Assembly: GCA_951406725.2 (NCBI GenBank)
Contig: OX597828.1
Span: 53,568,001-53,632,000, forward strand
From: Octopus vulgaris
Lineage: Eukaryota
Length of the DNA: 64,000 bases
Direction: 5' to 3'
Below are positions 12,917-26,585 of this stretch, piece by piece (position 1 is the stretch's first letter; each line of letters opens with the position of its first letter). The position numbers were made by a program, and so were the translations under genes. The notes under the pieces were generated by a model. That model did no database searches and was not told where the DNA came from. It worked only from the letters and a program-made list of their open reading frames with translations.

Positions 12917-13035
12917 ATAGAAATGGTAAGACAACAAAAGAATGAAAGTGACCTCGATATTATGTAAATAGAGGAATTTATCTGTAAATATAATATGTGA
13001 CAATTATTCGGTAGCCATGATAAAACTCTGAGTTT
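12915..13035 (-). mobile_element. PLE pLTR-like fragment, same family as 58305-58620
   Basis: Near-identical reverse complement of ~58498-58615 (gaaactc.gagttttatcatggctac.gaataattgtcacatatt...ttgttgtcttaccatt), abutting (TA)n. Confidence 0.8.
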
Positions 13036-13505
13036 CACATATCATTTTGGTTTCAATTTGTGGGAAGAAATTTAAGACGAGAGTAAAATTCGTAGGTTTT
13101 CTATCGAAAGTGTCTGCTGCTATGAAAAAATGTTTTAGAGAAGAACAGGACAACTCTTCAGATGAATTAAATGAAAATGTTACAGCTTTAATCTCTAGTG
13201 AGGTAAGTGCTGGTCATTTCGTTCGGTACATAAAAGGATTTCATCCCTTCAAAAGTGGTCATCATACCCTCTGATATATACCCATACGTAAATCCTAAGA
13301 TAGATTTAAAAAAAAAGAAAAAGAATCTTCCTACAATTCCAAGTGGTATAAAGTAATGCACAAAAATTCTATCGGGGCTATTCATTACTAGTTTTGCTAG
13401 AATGCCAACCAAGATGTAATATATTCTTCAATGAAAAAAAATATTCTATACCTCTTTATAAAAAAATGTACAAAAATAGCAAGAACAACAACAATAATAA
13501 TTAAA

Positions 13506-13507
<2 letters not shown>

Positions 13508-13545
<38 letters not shown>

Positions 13546-13780
13546 GGTGGTGGTGGGTGGTGGTGGTGGTGGTGGTGGTGGCGGTGGTGGTGGTGGTGGT
13601 TGTGGTTGTGGTGGTGGTGGTGGTGGTGGTGGTGGTGGTGGTGGTGGTGGTGGTGGTGGTGGTTGTGGTTGTGGTGGTGGTGGTGATGGTGATGGTGGTG
13701 GTGGTGGTGGTGGTGGTGGTGGTGGTTTTGTTGGTATCAGCAGCACTAATAATAAAAATAATAATAATAACAATAATAAT

Positions 13781-13819
<39 letters not shown>

Positions 13820-13842
13820 AATAATAATAATAAAAATAATAA

Positions 13843-13906
<64 letters not shown>

Positions 13907-13908
13907 TA
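13508..13908. repeat. Compound (GTA)n-(GGT)n-(AAT/AAC)n microsatellite
   Basis: Seen directly. Confidence 0.97.
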
Positions 13909-14169
13909 CTGCTGATTCTTTTCTAATGTATACCGTTTTAGGTTATTTTACAACTTACTTTCCTTTTCGTCCCCCCTTTTCTCGGTTTCCCTGGCCTTGC
14001 GTTACGTAGTGCAAATATATTTCTTTTCTGTTCTCGTCTTTTTTTTTTTTGCCTCCTGCTTCATATGTAACAATGAAAGTCATCAAAGGGAAACTTTGAG
14101 AGACCGGAAGTTAATTATTTATTGGCAACCATTTTGTAATTTTGACATAATAAATCTATTTTACTTCTG

Positions 14170-14216
<47 letters not shown>

Positions 14217-14220
14217 CATT

Positions 14221-14254
<34 letters not shown>

Positions 14255-14585
14255 TTGTTGTTGTTGTTGTTGTTGCTGTTGTTGTTACCGTTGTTTTGTT
14301 TATTGAAATGAAATTTAAACAAAAAGAAACAACAACATTTGAAGAGGTCACGGCTATTCATGAAACAACCCAGAACCTGAGATTGCAATAACAACATCGT
14401 CAAGAAGAACATCATCAAACACAATAACAATTTCGAACCTAACAATTGCCAACATAAAACAAGAATTAATGATTTTTTTTTAAATCTAAAAATAATGACA
14501 ATAATAAAAAAAAACAATAAAATTTATAATGAGCGCGAAAATATAAAAAAATTTGAAACACAACATATCGCTAATAATACAAAGA

Positions 14586-14622
<37 letters not shown>

Positions 14623-14955
14623 CGACGACGATGATGATGATGATGACGACAACGACGACGACGACGACAATGATGATGATGATGATGATGATGACGACGA
14701 CGACGATGATGATGATGATGATGATGATGACGACGACAATGATGATGATGATGTGGAAAGTGGTGGTGGGGGTGATGATGATGATGATGACGACGACAAC
14801 GATGACGACGACAACGATGACGACGATGGTGTGTGATGATGACGATGATGGCGATGATGATGAAGCAGATGCTGATATAGATGACAACAACGATGATAAT
14901 GATGATGATGACGATTAGCAGTAGTAGTAGTAGCAGGAGGAGGAGGAGGAGGAGG
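14586..14955. repeat. (GAT/GAC)n compound microsatellite
   Basis: Seen directly. Confidence 0.95.
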
Positions 14956-15657
14956 ATGGTGGTAATGGTGGCGTTGATGTGGATAAAATTCCTTAGCCAT
15001 CATAAACTATAATGAAAATTATACGTTGTGGCGCAGATAATTTCCTCGAGGCTTCAAACTATGCAATTTCAAAAGAATTATCCTCAACCGGAAATCGAAA
15101 CCGTGTAGCAAACACAGCAGGACGGGAGGATGCTTCTTTATCACTTTCATCACCATCGTCATCGTCATTATCGTTGTCGTCGTCGTCGTCGTCATCCTCG
15201 TCTTCATCGTCGTTGTCGTCATCATTATCATGTCGGCATCGTCTTCGTCATTCTCACCAGTACCAACAACTACGTGGTCTCCTGACTTGCTAGAAACTGG
15301 AGCTAAATCTCTCTTAAATTACACCGCAGTTCTCTTGCAAAGGAAGGGACACGTGATGTAATGGCGTCGTGCGTATATGTTGGAATTCCTTGTTTCATCT
15401 TAATGCCTTGAATCATTATAATTCTATTTCAGAAAGGATCTGAGGCAAGACAACAATAAGAACAACAATGCGTAAATGTTGGACCAAAGAAATAGCTTAT
15501 GACCGGACATCAGACATGCAAGAAATGGCAGTCAATTCTCCTTCAAATCACGCAATACTATCTTAAAGAGTGATATAATGAGCAATGTGGTCCGATCTGG
15601 ACAAACAGACGGGATGGTCATAGTTTAAATTACTGTGTATCTCCTGGTGCTAAGTTA

Positions 15658-15992
15658 AGGTGCATGGCTTAGTGGCTAGAGCGTCGGGCTCACAATCATG
15701 AGGTAGTGAGTTCGATTCACGGATCGGGCTCTGTATTGTGTTCTTGAGCAATACACTTTATTTCACGTTGCTCCAGTTCACTCAGCCGTAGAAATGAGCT
15801 GCGATGTCACAGGTGCCAAGCTGTATCGGCCCCTTTGCCTTTCCCTTGGATAACATCAGTGGTATGGAGAGGGGAGGTCGGTATGCATGGGCGACTGCTG
15901 GTCTTCGATAAACAATCTTGTCTGGAATTGTACTTTGGCGGGAAACTTTCTAGGTGCAATCCCATGGATATTCATAGTCGAAGGGGTCTTTC
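15658..15992 (+). mobile_element. tRNA-derived SINE, family C
   Basis: A box tggcttagtgg, B box gagttcgattc, then ttgtgttcttgagcaatacactttatttcacgttgctccagttcactcagc, which resembles conserved central SINE domains (CORE/V/Meta type; class not determinable by eye). Confidence 0.8.
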
Positions 15993-16254
15993 CCTGGTGT
16001 TAAACGACATTAACACTAACAACAACAAAAGTTGTTCTTTTTTCACGTTGTTTTAATGACGCGAAAGTCAAGGTGAAAATCGATTCAGAATCACCTCCAG
16101 TGAATGACTGGTACTTTATTTTATCGAACCCCGTTTGAATAAGAGTCTAAGTCCATACGAGTGGGATTAAATATGTATATTACAATATAACAAGGCCATA
16201 CTCCCCGTTACTAGCATTACTGGTATCTTATATGTGGCAGAGAAATCCATCAAC

Positions 16255-16620
<366 letters not shown>

Positions 16621-16947
16621 AAAAACAGCAACAACAACAGTAGCAAGAAAAGCCTTCGACAATAACATTACACCCTACCGACTCCGGCACCGCGTATTCA
16701 CAACAACACCGCCCAAAAGAACACCAGTAATTTCTTAAAAGCTATTTCATTGTAAATCTTTCTTTTCAACCAAAAATATTCCAGAAATAATCGCAACAAC
16801 AACAACACCACATTTAATAGATTAATTTCTTCATTATTATAGTTTTTCTTCTTCTTCTGAGATGGGTTTTTTTTATCGCGAAGTTGTCTTTTATAAAATT
16901 TCTTTCTTATTATCTTAGTTTTCATTCATTTCATTATATTTCAAAGA

Positions 16948-17099
<152 letters not shown>

Positions 17100-17109
17100 G
17101 CGGACAGAC

Positions 17110-17163
<54 letters not shown>

Positions 17164-17499
17164 GTAGGTGTGTGTATATATTGATGTTATAAAATCATTT
17201 ATATATATATATGTATCATTGCATTATAATTCATTCATTTATTCGTTCTTCTTTATTATTATTGTTATTATTATTATTATTGTTGTTGTTGTTGTTGTTA
17301 ATTATATATTTGCCCCAATTACGTCTATGAAACTCGAAACTCACTTGCTGACATAGCTATTCCCACCGAAATGTTGGCAGAAACACGCGCGTGCACAAGC
17401 ATACCCTCGCACACATTCACACACAAAGCAGCTATATATATGATAAATATGTTTCAATAAACACAAAAAGGCTGGATGCAACGAGCTAAATAGACGTTG

Positions 17500-17975
17500 A
17501 ACGAGCGCTCAAAGGAATAATGCCCGACATACAGTATTCTATCTTGAGGGCTAAACAACTTGCAGTCATTTTATTTCTCTTCAAGAATGAAGATCTGGCC
17601 ACCAAACCTTCCGCGTTCTTGTCGGACCGATAAATATGCTCCCCATCCCATATTTATGGAGGAGGACAGTAAAAGTGAAGATCTCAGGGATGCTACTTGA
17701 GGTGAATGTATGATGGATTTTAGCATGCATTGTCTTAGAAGGAAGTAACAGCCTCCTTAATGGGAAGCGAAGTCATTGTGAAAACAGGTTAGGGATCAGC
17801 ATGAAGGTGCTACCTCACTTCAAGTCACACATCACCCGCATGACCCCAGACCACACTCGCTATCCGTGAGGGAAGGAGCTGCATGTTATGGTCGAGGGTA
17901 GGTCTCGGTGTCACCTGTGTGGGGAGGATGGTCACATAAAAGCTTTCGGCTCTCAACAGAAGGCAGATGACCACA
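17500..17975 (+). mobile_element. Decayed non-LTR retrotransposon ORF1 (gag-like zinc knuckle; Tx1/L1-like)
   Basis: KELHVMVEGRSRCHLCGEDGHIKAF at ~17873-17947 fits CX2CX4HX4(C) preceded by a V.GR motif. Upstream frame has stops and frameshifts. Confidence 0.55.
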
Positions 17976-18977
17976 GGAACTTCTTATTGCTAACACCAGG
18001 TCCCCAAGTAGACCCATACTAAACGAGTGAATACTACTTTACTGTTTTAGTAAGATTCTGCTAACAATTGGCCACCTGAAGAGATATGCTCTTACACGTC
18101 ATTGAAATAAACTACATCACACACCAAAGTGTAGGAAGACTAAAACAGTCACAAAACTATAATGCAACGAATGAGCATTCCTCAACACAAGTGAATGCAT
18201 AACTCATTCTTTTCTGCATATTAAAGGGACAAATTTCGATTTCAGCTTGTGACGTCAGGGTAGACATTGACAAGGACTAAGAAGGCCTAAACGCTTTTTA
18301 CAGTCTCTGTGTCACTTCGACAACGCTGTGCGCCTCGCTCTGATAAACATTGTGCTTTTAGAGCGATGGCTCAATGAAGAGGTTTGCTCTCAGGCAAAAT
18401 CTGCAACATCATGCCTTTCAATGGTGTATATACAGAGATGGTAATTGCAATTTTATGTTGTCCCAGTTGCATACACCGAGTTTATTACAGTTCGGCAAGC
18501 TTTCTGCAATAACAGTGCTTGTACACACAAACACCGCCACCCCACACACGCACACGCATACACAGGCTCACACATGCACACACATACACACATACACAGG
18601 CTCTCACATGCACACACACATATATATATATATTACTATGTGTGTGTGTGTGTATGTTTGTGTGTGTATGTGTGTGTGTATGTGTGTGTGTGGTGTATGT
18701 GTGTGTGCACGCGCGCGCATAAATGGCGGACACTCTTGCAGAAACTTGAAAGGTTAGCGACATCGAATCCTTGAGATGAGCTACTTTAGGGCAAAAATTT
18801 CGCCAGCACCCTTCTTACACTGGAAGGGAATCGAGAAAGACAATCAATAAAATTTGAATTATACGAATATATATGTGTGTGTGTGTAAGTCTTTGTGTGT
18901 AGTGCACGTGTGTACACTTACGTGTATTTATCCTCGCAGATCATCATCATCATCATCATCATTCTCATCACCATCAC

Positions 18978-19036
<59 letters not shown>

Positions 19037-19578
19037 GTATCATCATATCGACCGTCCAGAATTTACATAGTCAAAAACGTCTAGTACGACCCAGAAATTA
19101 TCACGTGGTGTATATGGAGGAAGACGTCAATTCGATATTTCTAAGTTTGGTGTTTGTGTGTGTATATGTTTAATTACTCCCTTACTTCATCTTGCTTTCT
19201 TGTACTCCCCCCTCTTCCTTTAGAAACCCTGAGCCCACACTTTCCGTAATCTTCAATGACAGAAAATTAAGACGGTAATTGCCAGACTTAGCCAATAAGC
19301 CGATGCGCCATCTTACTACCGCATCAACAGAAAATCCTCCAGCCACCATACACACATGAGCGCGCGCGCGTGTGCATCCCTTCTCCTCTTCTCCGCTAAC
19401 ACACAAACGCACATTCACACACAAATACGCCTACATAGACATACACGACACCTCACACCGACAGACCAACTTCAAAGAAATATTTGATGCATCCTTATTA
19501 TTTTTTGATTGACACATCAAAAATAAGGGTGAGTCCGGCAAAAGGGCCGTTCTCATTCTTCCTATTTTTTTTTATTTA

Positions 19579-19787
19579 CACTCTTTTACTCTTTTACTTG
19601 TTTCGGTCATTTGACTGCGGCCATGCTGGAGCACCGCCATTAGTCGAGCAAATCGACCCCGGGACTTATTCTTTGTAAGCCTAGTACTTATTCTATCGGT
19701 CTATTTTGCCGAACCGCTAAGTTACGGGGACGTAAACACACCAGTATCGGTTGTAAAGCGATGTTGGGAGGACAAAATAATACACAG

Positions 19788-19880
<93 letters not shown>
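19579..19880 (-). mobile_element. SINE family A, 3' half
   Basis: Tail and body up to the internal (CA)/(TA) tract. Confidence 0.92.
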
Positions 19881-19885
<5 letters not shown>

Positions 19886-19886
<1 letters not shown>

Positions 19887-20137
19887 AGAGGTCTACCGGG
19901 CATTCTATTTCAATCTCCTACAGCTATTCGTCAATATCCTGGCTTACTCTTCCCAACTCATCAATTATTATAGGCACAACCTTTACTGTTGGCATGCCCC
20001 AAATACTTCCTTTTTCAAACTTTAAGGGATAGTATTTTTTTGTTTGTTTTCTTCCTCTTTCTTTAGGGTCCTGGAATCAATTGGGAATGATGTGTCGATA
20101 AGTAACTTTCGCTTTTCCTTATCTAAAATCGTTATAT

Positions 20138-20138
<1 letters not shown>
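19886..20138 (-). mobile_element. R4/Dong-like non-LTR retrotransposon, restriction-like endonuclease remnant
   Basis: Minus translation DITILDKEKRKLLIDTSFPIDSRTLKKEEE..YYPLKFEKGSIWGMPTVKVVPIIIDELGRVS fits the PD..D..KE.EK..KY..W...VVPIIIGALG pattern. Confidence 0.8.
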
Positions 20139-20200
<62 letters not shown>

Positions 20201-20753
20201 GAGTGAGAGAGCAGTGCATGCCATCAAAGTGACACTGGGGTAAAATATACGAAGCCCAATATACCCATCATGACTACCCGTCTGATAAGGGTACACCAGG
20301 CACATGCATCACAACCATATGTGCGCGACATGGTGATCTCATATCAAGATAAACAGCACATGAACTTGCAGGTGGGGCCCAATTAGAATTTTCTTCAGGT
20401 TGAGTAGCCCATCCCGCTCAAAAGGTCCCTGAATAAGGGTTGTTTAAGGATGTTGAAAGAACCACCCATGTTTCCAGAGGTGAATTATTCAAACCCCAAA
20501 GAATCCCTCTCAACACATGGCTATGATGCTCCCCCACTACTTCTGCTCGTGATCAGAGATGCACATATAGTCAGCCACTAAGGGACATGCTCAACTGGTT
20601 AAGGTCAAAGAACTGACAAGCAAATCTGTGGTATTGAGCAGAATATTTGCTGTAGCCCATCTTTTATACCAAGACAAAACAATGTACATGATAACACTTC
20701 CAATCAGTTAAGATCAGAAGCCATGAGAGCCACTGCCTGGTACTGCATCAGGG

Positions 20754-20756
<3 letters not shown>
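20201..20756 (-). mobile_element. Non-coding (AAT)n-embedded element, family E
   Basis: ~555 bp of complex sequence with (ATT)n on both sides; full-length diverged copy at 27040-27635 in the opposite orientation. Confidence 0.88.
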
Positions 20757-20825
<69 letters not shown>

Positions 20826-20920
20826 CATTATTGTTGTTGTTGTTATTATTGATGTTGTTGTTGTTGTTATTATTATTATTATTATTATTATTGTTGTTGT
20901 TATTATTGATGTTGTTGTTG

Positions 20921-20957
<37 letters not shown>

Positions 20958-20979
20958 CATTATTATCATTATTATTGTT

Positions 20980-21190
20980 AGGCGAGCTGGCAGAATCGTT
21001 AGCACGCTGGACGAAATGTTTGCCGGTATTTTGCCCGCCGCTCAGTTCTGAGTTCAAATTTCACCAAGGACGATTTTGCCTTTCATCTTTCGGGATCGAT
21101 AAATTAAGTACCAGTGAAACACTGGGGTCGATGTAATCGGTTAGTCCTCTCCCCACAAAATTTGAGGCCTCGTGCCTCCAGTAGAAAGGA
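20980..21190 (+). mobile_element. SINE family B
   Basis: ggcgagctggcagaatcgttagcacg head, gagttcaaatt B box, gcctttcatctttcgggatcgataaattaagtaccag central domain. Confidence 0.9.
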
Positions 21191-21212
21191 TTATTATTAT
21201 TATTATTATTAT

Positions 21213-21244
<32 letters not shown>

Positions 21245-21660
21245 TTGTTATTATTATTATTAGTGTTCGTCTTCTTGCTGTTATCCTTGTATAACAAACG
21301 CGATATATATAAACATACAACAATACAGAACATGCAAAAGAACTAAAACGAATATTAAAAAAAAAAAACAGTTAGTAAACACTAAAAAAAACTACAAAAC
21401 CAAAATATGAATTACAATACGAAAAAATGTCTGATATCGGCTGAGTCCCTTAAGTGGCATTAAGGTTGGGATCGATCTTTTATCTGTTATATCTCACTCG
21501 ATTGATACTAAATGGATAGATAAGGTGATGGATTAAGGATTAAAGGGTTTCCGGTTTAGTTTGTTGTAAATCTACTTATATAGATTCGACTCTTTAGAAG
21601 ATCATGGCCGACATTGTAAATATGAGTAGTGCGCATGTGTAGATTATGTGTGTGAGCGTG

Positions 21661-21698
<38 letters not shown>

Positions 21699-21967
21699 TG
21701 TGTTGGTTTCTTAGTGTAATCGTGTGCATTGTAGGATGTGTGTCTTGGCTAAGTGTTCTATGTTATATGTGGTGTGTATATGCACTCATATACGTCTGTG
21801 TGTCTGTATGAGTGTGTACATACGCTTGTGAGTATGTGTGCCGTGTCTTCTGAGATGTCACTGTCTTTTTGTCTTTAGAAAACGTGTTGCATGTTGTTTT
21901 TACTTGCACGCGACTATGTATGCCTGTATGTATAGATATATACACACATACATATTTATTTATCTAT

Positions 21968-22011
<44 letters not shown>

Positions 22012-22068
22012 GAGAGATTGACATAAAAATACACATATACACATCTGCTTATATATTTATAAACGCAA

Positions 22069-22104
<36 letters not shown>

Positions 22105-22254
22105 TTGTTTATGTTTTCCAGTTTCAGCTCTTGAGCTGTGGCCATGCTGGGGCACCGCCATTATATACAAATAAGGAAATAATTTTATTAGCAAACACAG
22201 GATAATGCCAATGATATAGAATGAACAGGATAAGCTTTTGCAGAAAAAAACTTT

Positions 22255-22330
22255 TGGCGGCTAGCCATGAGATTCGAACTCACATGCATGTGATTACGCG
22301 TCAAGTGCTTTACCATTAAGTTAAACTGCC
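22255..22330 (-). pseudogene. Degenerate tRNA-like sequence (anticodon CGT, Thr-like) with encoded CCA
   Basis: Minus strand: GGCAGTT TAACTTAATGGTAAAGCA CTTGA CGCGTAA TCACA TGCAT GTGAG TTCGAAT CTCAT GGCTAGCC G CCA. T arm intact; D and anticodon stems imperfect. Confidence 0.65.
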
Positions 22331-22503
22331 CAAACGACAGCTTCTTCTGCAAATTTAGAAAGTAGAAATCAAGCTTTATAAAACGGTATCGTATGTTGAA
22401 AGTCAAGAATCAAAGAAATAGGTTGCAGTGAGTTTGTGAATGTTTCTGTGAAAATGTCTGAATCTATTGATATTCATGTATAAATGCATATTATACAATC
22501 AAT

Positions 22504-22552
<49 letters not shown>

Positions 22553-22555
22553 TCC

Positions 22556-22980
22556 TATATATACATCTAGAAAATCCTAGAAAAGCTTGTACCTAACTTT
22601 GGCTTTGTCGGCTACACAAGCAACTGGACGAGTCGCCACTGCATAGTACCAACATTCCTAACAGTGTCATCAGGATACAGGACCAAGTATTGCAACAGCC
22701 TGGTCTTCTAAGACCTACAGCTCTTCAATATCCTCCCACAAAGCCTGAGAGACCTGCATGGCGTGGATGTAAGCATTTGAAAAATAAACAAAGCTAGATC
22801 TCCTTCTGTGAGGAGTTCCAGATGAACTTATCTCAGGGCAAGAAGCACAGATTAGGGCAGCCACGTCAAACTCCCTCATCCACCATGTCTCATATCAGAG
22901 GCGCTTCAGTGAAAGTGTGGCAAAGTAAACGGCGGTGCCCCAGCATGGTCACATTCCTCGGACTGATACTTAAAGCAAAA
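22556..22980 (+). mobile_element. CR1-like LINE 3' end (second family)
   Basis: YI*KILEKLVPNFG...RHCIVP...YCNSL..QLFNILPQSLRDLHGVDV...TKLDLLL*GVPDE...RAATSNSLIH with stops and a frameshift. Tail ggcggtgccccagcatggtcac at 22931. Confidence 0.8.
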
Positions 22981-22993
22981 TATATGTGTGTGA

Positions 22994-23027
<34 letters not shown>

Positions 23028-23283
23028 TTGTGTGGGGGTGTATTTGTATGTGTGTGAAAGAGAGAGTATGGGTATATGTGTATATGCACATGTATGTATG
23101 TATGTATGTATGTGTCTGTGCGTGTGTGGTTTGTGCGTGTCTCTATACTTATTTCTCTCTATTGATCGATCGATCGATCGATCGATTGATCTATGTCAGT
23201 CTGACTGTCTATCTGACTGACCGATTGGTTCTCACACATCTCTCTTCTTACTCATTCACATTCTCTGTCACTCTCGCCTACCA

Positions 23284-23334
<51 letters not shown>

Positions 23335-23720
23335 ATCTGTGTCTCTTATACTCTCTTGTTTTCTTTTTATCTCTATCTCTATTAATCTGTCTATTTAACT
23401 CCCTCTTACTCTCACTATCCTATCAGACTCTCACCTGCTCTCTTATCTCCCTTACCACCACAGACAAAATTGATGGTCTACGTATACCGGGCTCTCTCTC
23501 TCTCCCTCCCTCTCTCCCCTCTCTTTCTATCTATCTATCTACCTCCCCCTCTCTCTTTCTTTTTATCTCTCACTTTCTTTATCTCTATCTCTCTCCCCTA
23601 TACTCCTATGCACTAGATGAACTCCTAAATGCAAGATTATACATACCTTAAGTATAATGGCTAAACGCATTTATACGTAAATATAAGAGATGTTACAGAC
23701 ATGTATATATGAATGCATTC

Positions 23721-23763
<43 letters not shown>

Positions 23764-23879
23764 TGTATATACATATATATGTATATAAATACGTACATAT
23801 ATGCGTATATGTTTTATATACATACATATTTACGTGTATACGTGAATGTATGCATGTATGTATAAGTGAATTAATGTCA

Positions 23880-24023
<144 letters not shown>

Positions 24024-24072
24024 CTATCTACCTATATAGACAGACAGATAGATAGATAGATAGATAGATAGG

Positions 24073-24128
<56 letters not shown>

Positions 24129-24621
24129 AAGATAGATAGATAGATATATTAGATAAATAGATATGACCTGTACAAATCTACATACCACACGTACCCGTTC
24201 ACACACACAGTGTATTTATTATATATCAATATATCTATATCTAAATACAGTGACATGGGTTTCCCTGAGCTTGGCGATGCTATCAGAATATCCATAACTC
24301 TGATAAAACATTTACGTAATAAGTAGAAGAATAAAAGAGGATGAAGCTAAGATCAGCCCGTTCTTGTTTTCGTACAACACATCCCACAAATACATATATA
24401 TGTATGTGAAAATGTGTGAGTGTTTGTGTGTGTGATGGATTTTTATACGTGCATAAACGCATAAACACTTATTTGTGTGTACATGTATGCATCAATACTT
24501 ACCTAACACACACACATATGTGCAGAGCGAAAACGACAGACAAGCAAACAAAGAAACAGATAGATAAATAAATAGATAGATAGATAGATAGATAGACAGC
24601 CATATATATATACACACATCA

Positions 24622-24657
<36 letters not shown>

Positions 24658-24680
24658 CACATATATATATATACACATCA

Positions 24681-24748
<68 letters not shown>

Positions 24749-24819
24749 CACATATATATATATATATGGAAAATAAAGTCAAGATAGAAAATGCTAAAAT
24801 AATTTTATAAAAAACATTT

Positions 24820-24855
24820 CAGTACCGGTTTCAGTCATTGAGACTTTTTCAACTG
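24820..24855 (-). ncRNA. Minimal type I hammerhead ribozyme fold, U3-A8 core variant, in a PLE pLTR-like repeat (~24766-24930)
   Basis: Minus strand: cag-TTGAAAA-agtc(tcaat)gact-GAAA-ccgg-TA-ctg. Stems I and II pair, stem III is the palindrome ACCGGT. Confidence 0.7.
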
Positions 24856-25199
24856 TAACAATTAAATAATTAAATTTAGAAAAATTTAAACAAAAGTTTT
24901 TTTTAAAGAATATTTGTATAGTGTTCAAATACAAGTGGCATTTTCCTTGTTTCTGTCTGTCTCTGTCTCTCTTGTTTACTCTTGTGGGTTCGATACATAT
25001 ATATATATAAACTTAAATGTTGAAGTGAATCGAACGGCTTTTGTGTGTTTCTTAAATGGCTTACAAACACCTTCCACGCTGCAATTGTTTTCGTTCCAGC
25101 TCACGATCTCAGATCAAATCACTTGCTATGCGAGTACATCTCCTATATATATATATATATATATATAAGAATGAATGTTTTTATATATAATGAACGAGA

Positions 25200-25920
25200 A
25201 ATACAGGAAGGGACGAACACGGAACACAGACAAATCATTCGAAGCCTTCAATCTTCAGTCAGACACCGAATCATCATAGCAAATTTCGGCTGTTCAATTC
25301 TGATATTTGCTCCAACTCGGCCAGCCCCAAGAAAAAAAACTAAGCTGTAAGCATTAGATTTCTTGGTAGAAGACAGGAATGTGAACGCACAAGACGGATG
25401 TGAATACAAGAGACGAAAACGAAATTGAAAACAGTAATGAAAAAACAAAACATATATAACGGTGGTTGTCATACGACTTTAGACCAAATGAGACAAAACA
25501 ACAACAACATAGCAGCTGGCGTAGAAATAATTACCGTTTCGGTAGCGGGGACACATGTTGGTCGAGATACGAAGGCCAACAGAATGGTTGAAGAAGCAGC
25601 AGGTCGCAGGAGAGAGAGAAAGAGAGACAGAGAGAGAGGGAATCAAAGAGGGTGGAAGGCAGGGGACAGAATCAGTGACCAAGAGAGGAGAAAGAAGGGA
25701 TTAAGGAGGATGGGAGGAAGAGAGGGGAAGAATCGGAGGGCGCCAAAAAGTTTGGTGAAGAAGCAATGGCGGGTAGTAAAAGACAGTGTGTATAGAAGTC
25801 GTGCAGGGTTTGAGAGGTTTTGGTATCTAGAAGACCCGAAATGGAAGGTAAGGCGATGTAAATGCTACAGAAGAATCGCTGTTAGACTCCCGGTTCGATA
25901 ATAGTATGGGTGAGGATTCT
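25200..25920 (-). mobile_element. Probable PLE 3' region/pLTR remnant
   Basis: 25200-25330 is homologous to 43200-43292 (cattcgaagcc.tca.tc.tcagtca...gcaa.ttcggctg) and abuts (TA)n. Coding similarity is weak. Confidence 0.4.
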
Positions 25921-26210
25921 AATGCAGGTCGTGTTTGAGGATGTATATGTTAAATACAAGGAGACAACAAAGACAAGTTAGTGTGAAATTTTTAGGACAT
26001 TTATAAAATTTTGATCACATAGGATAGTCGATCACATCGATGATATTTGATCACATCAACCCCTGTGCGTAACTGGTACTTATTTTATTACCCCAAAAGG
26101 ATGAAAGGTGAAGTCAATCTCGTAACGTTTCTGCCAGTTCATCAACTTAACAACAACAACAACAACAATATTAACAACAGCAATAACAACAATAACAGTC
26201 ATAAAAAATA

Positions 26211-26440
26211 ATGGTATGCGATAAGGAAGAAGGAAAAGTCGATAGATATGACAGGTTAGTTGGGGAGGTTAAGCAGTTGGGGGGGTTGCTGAAAAAAGTG
26301 GCAGTAGTACACAGCACTGCTTGGAACCGCCCGAATACTCCGGAAGGTGCTCGAAAAATAAGAGGTGTTACCTTAAGTTCACTGGTAGTGAACAGCTGAC
26401 ACTCTAGTACATCTCCAGAGTTACAAGCTGTGTAAAGGCA
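26211..26440 (+). mobile_element. R4/Dong-like 3' end, internally deleted
   Basis: KEEGKVDRYDRLVGEVKQL..KKVAVV joined to ALLGTARILRKVLEK*, a short UTR, then (AAT)n. Confidence 0.82.
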
Positions 26441-26509
26441 ATAATAATAATAATAATAATGATAATAATAATGATAATGATAATGATAATATTAATAATA
26501 ATAATAATG

Positions 26510-26573
<64 letters not shown>

Positions 26574-26585
26574 TAATAACAATAA

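Noticed and set aside
13130-13210. Possible exon ending in GAG|GTAAGT
   Set aside because: Good donor motif, but no recognisable peptide, a weak acceptor and no partner exons.
15290-15655. Old repeat fragments (aaatctccctcaaatcacacc-like; also ~46200, ~49600, ~49950)
   Set aside because: Probably an ancient SINE family, but too diverged to delimit reliably.
15658-15730. Functional tRNA genes at SINE heads
   Set aside because: A/B boxes continue into SINE bodies and lack complete cloverleaves.
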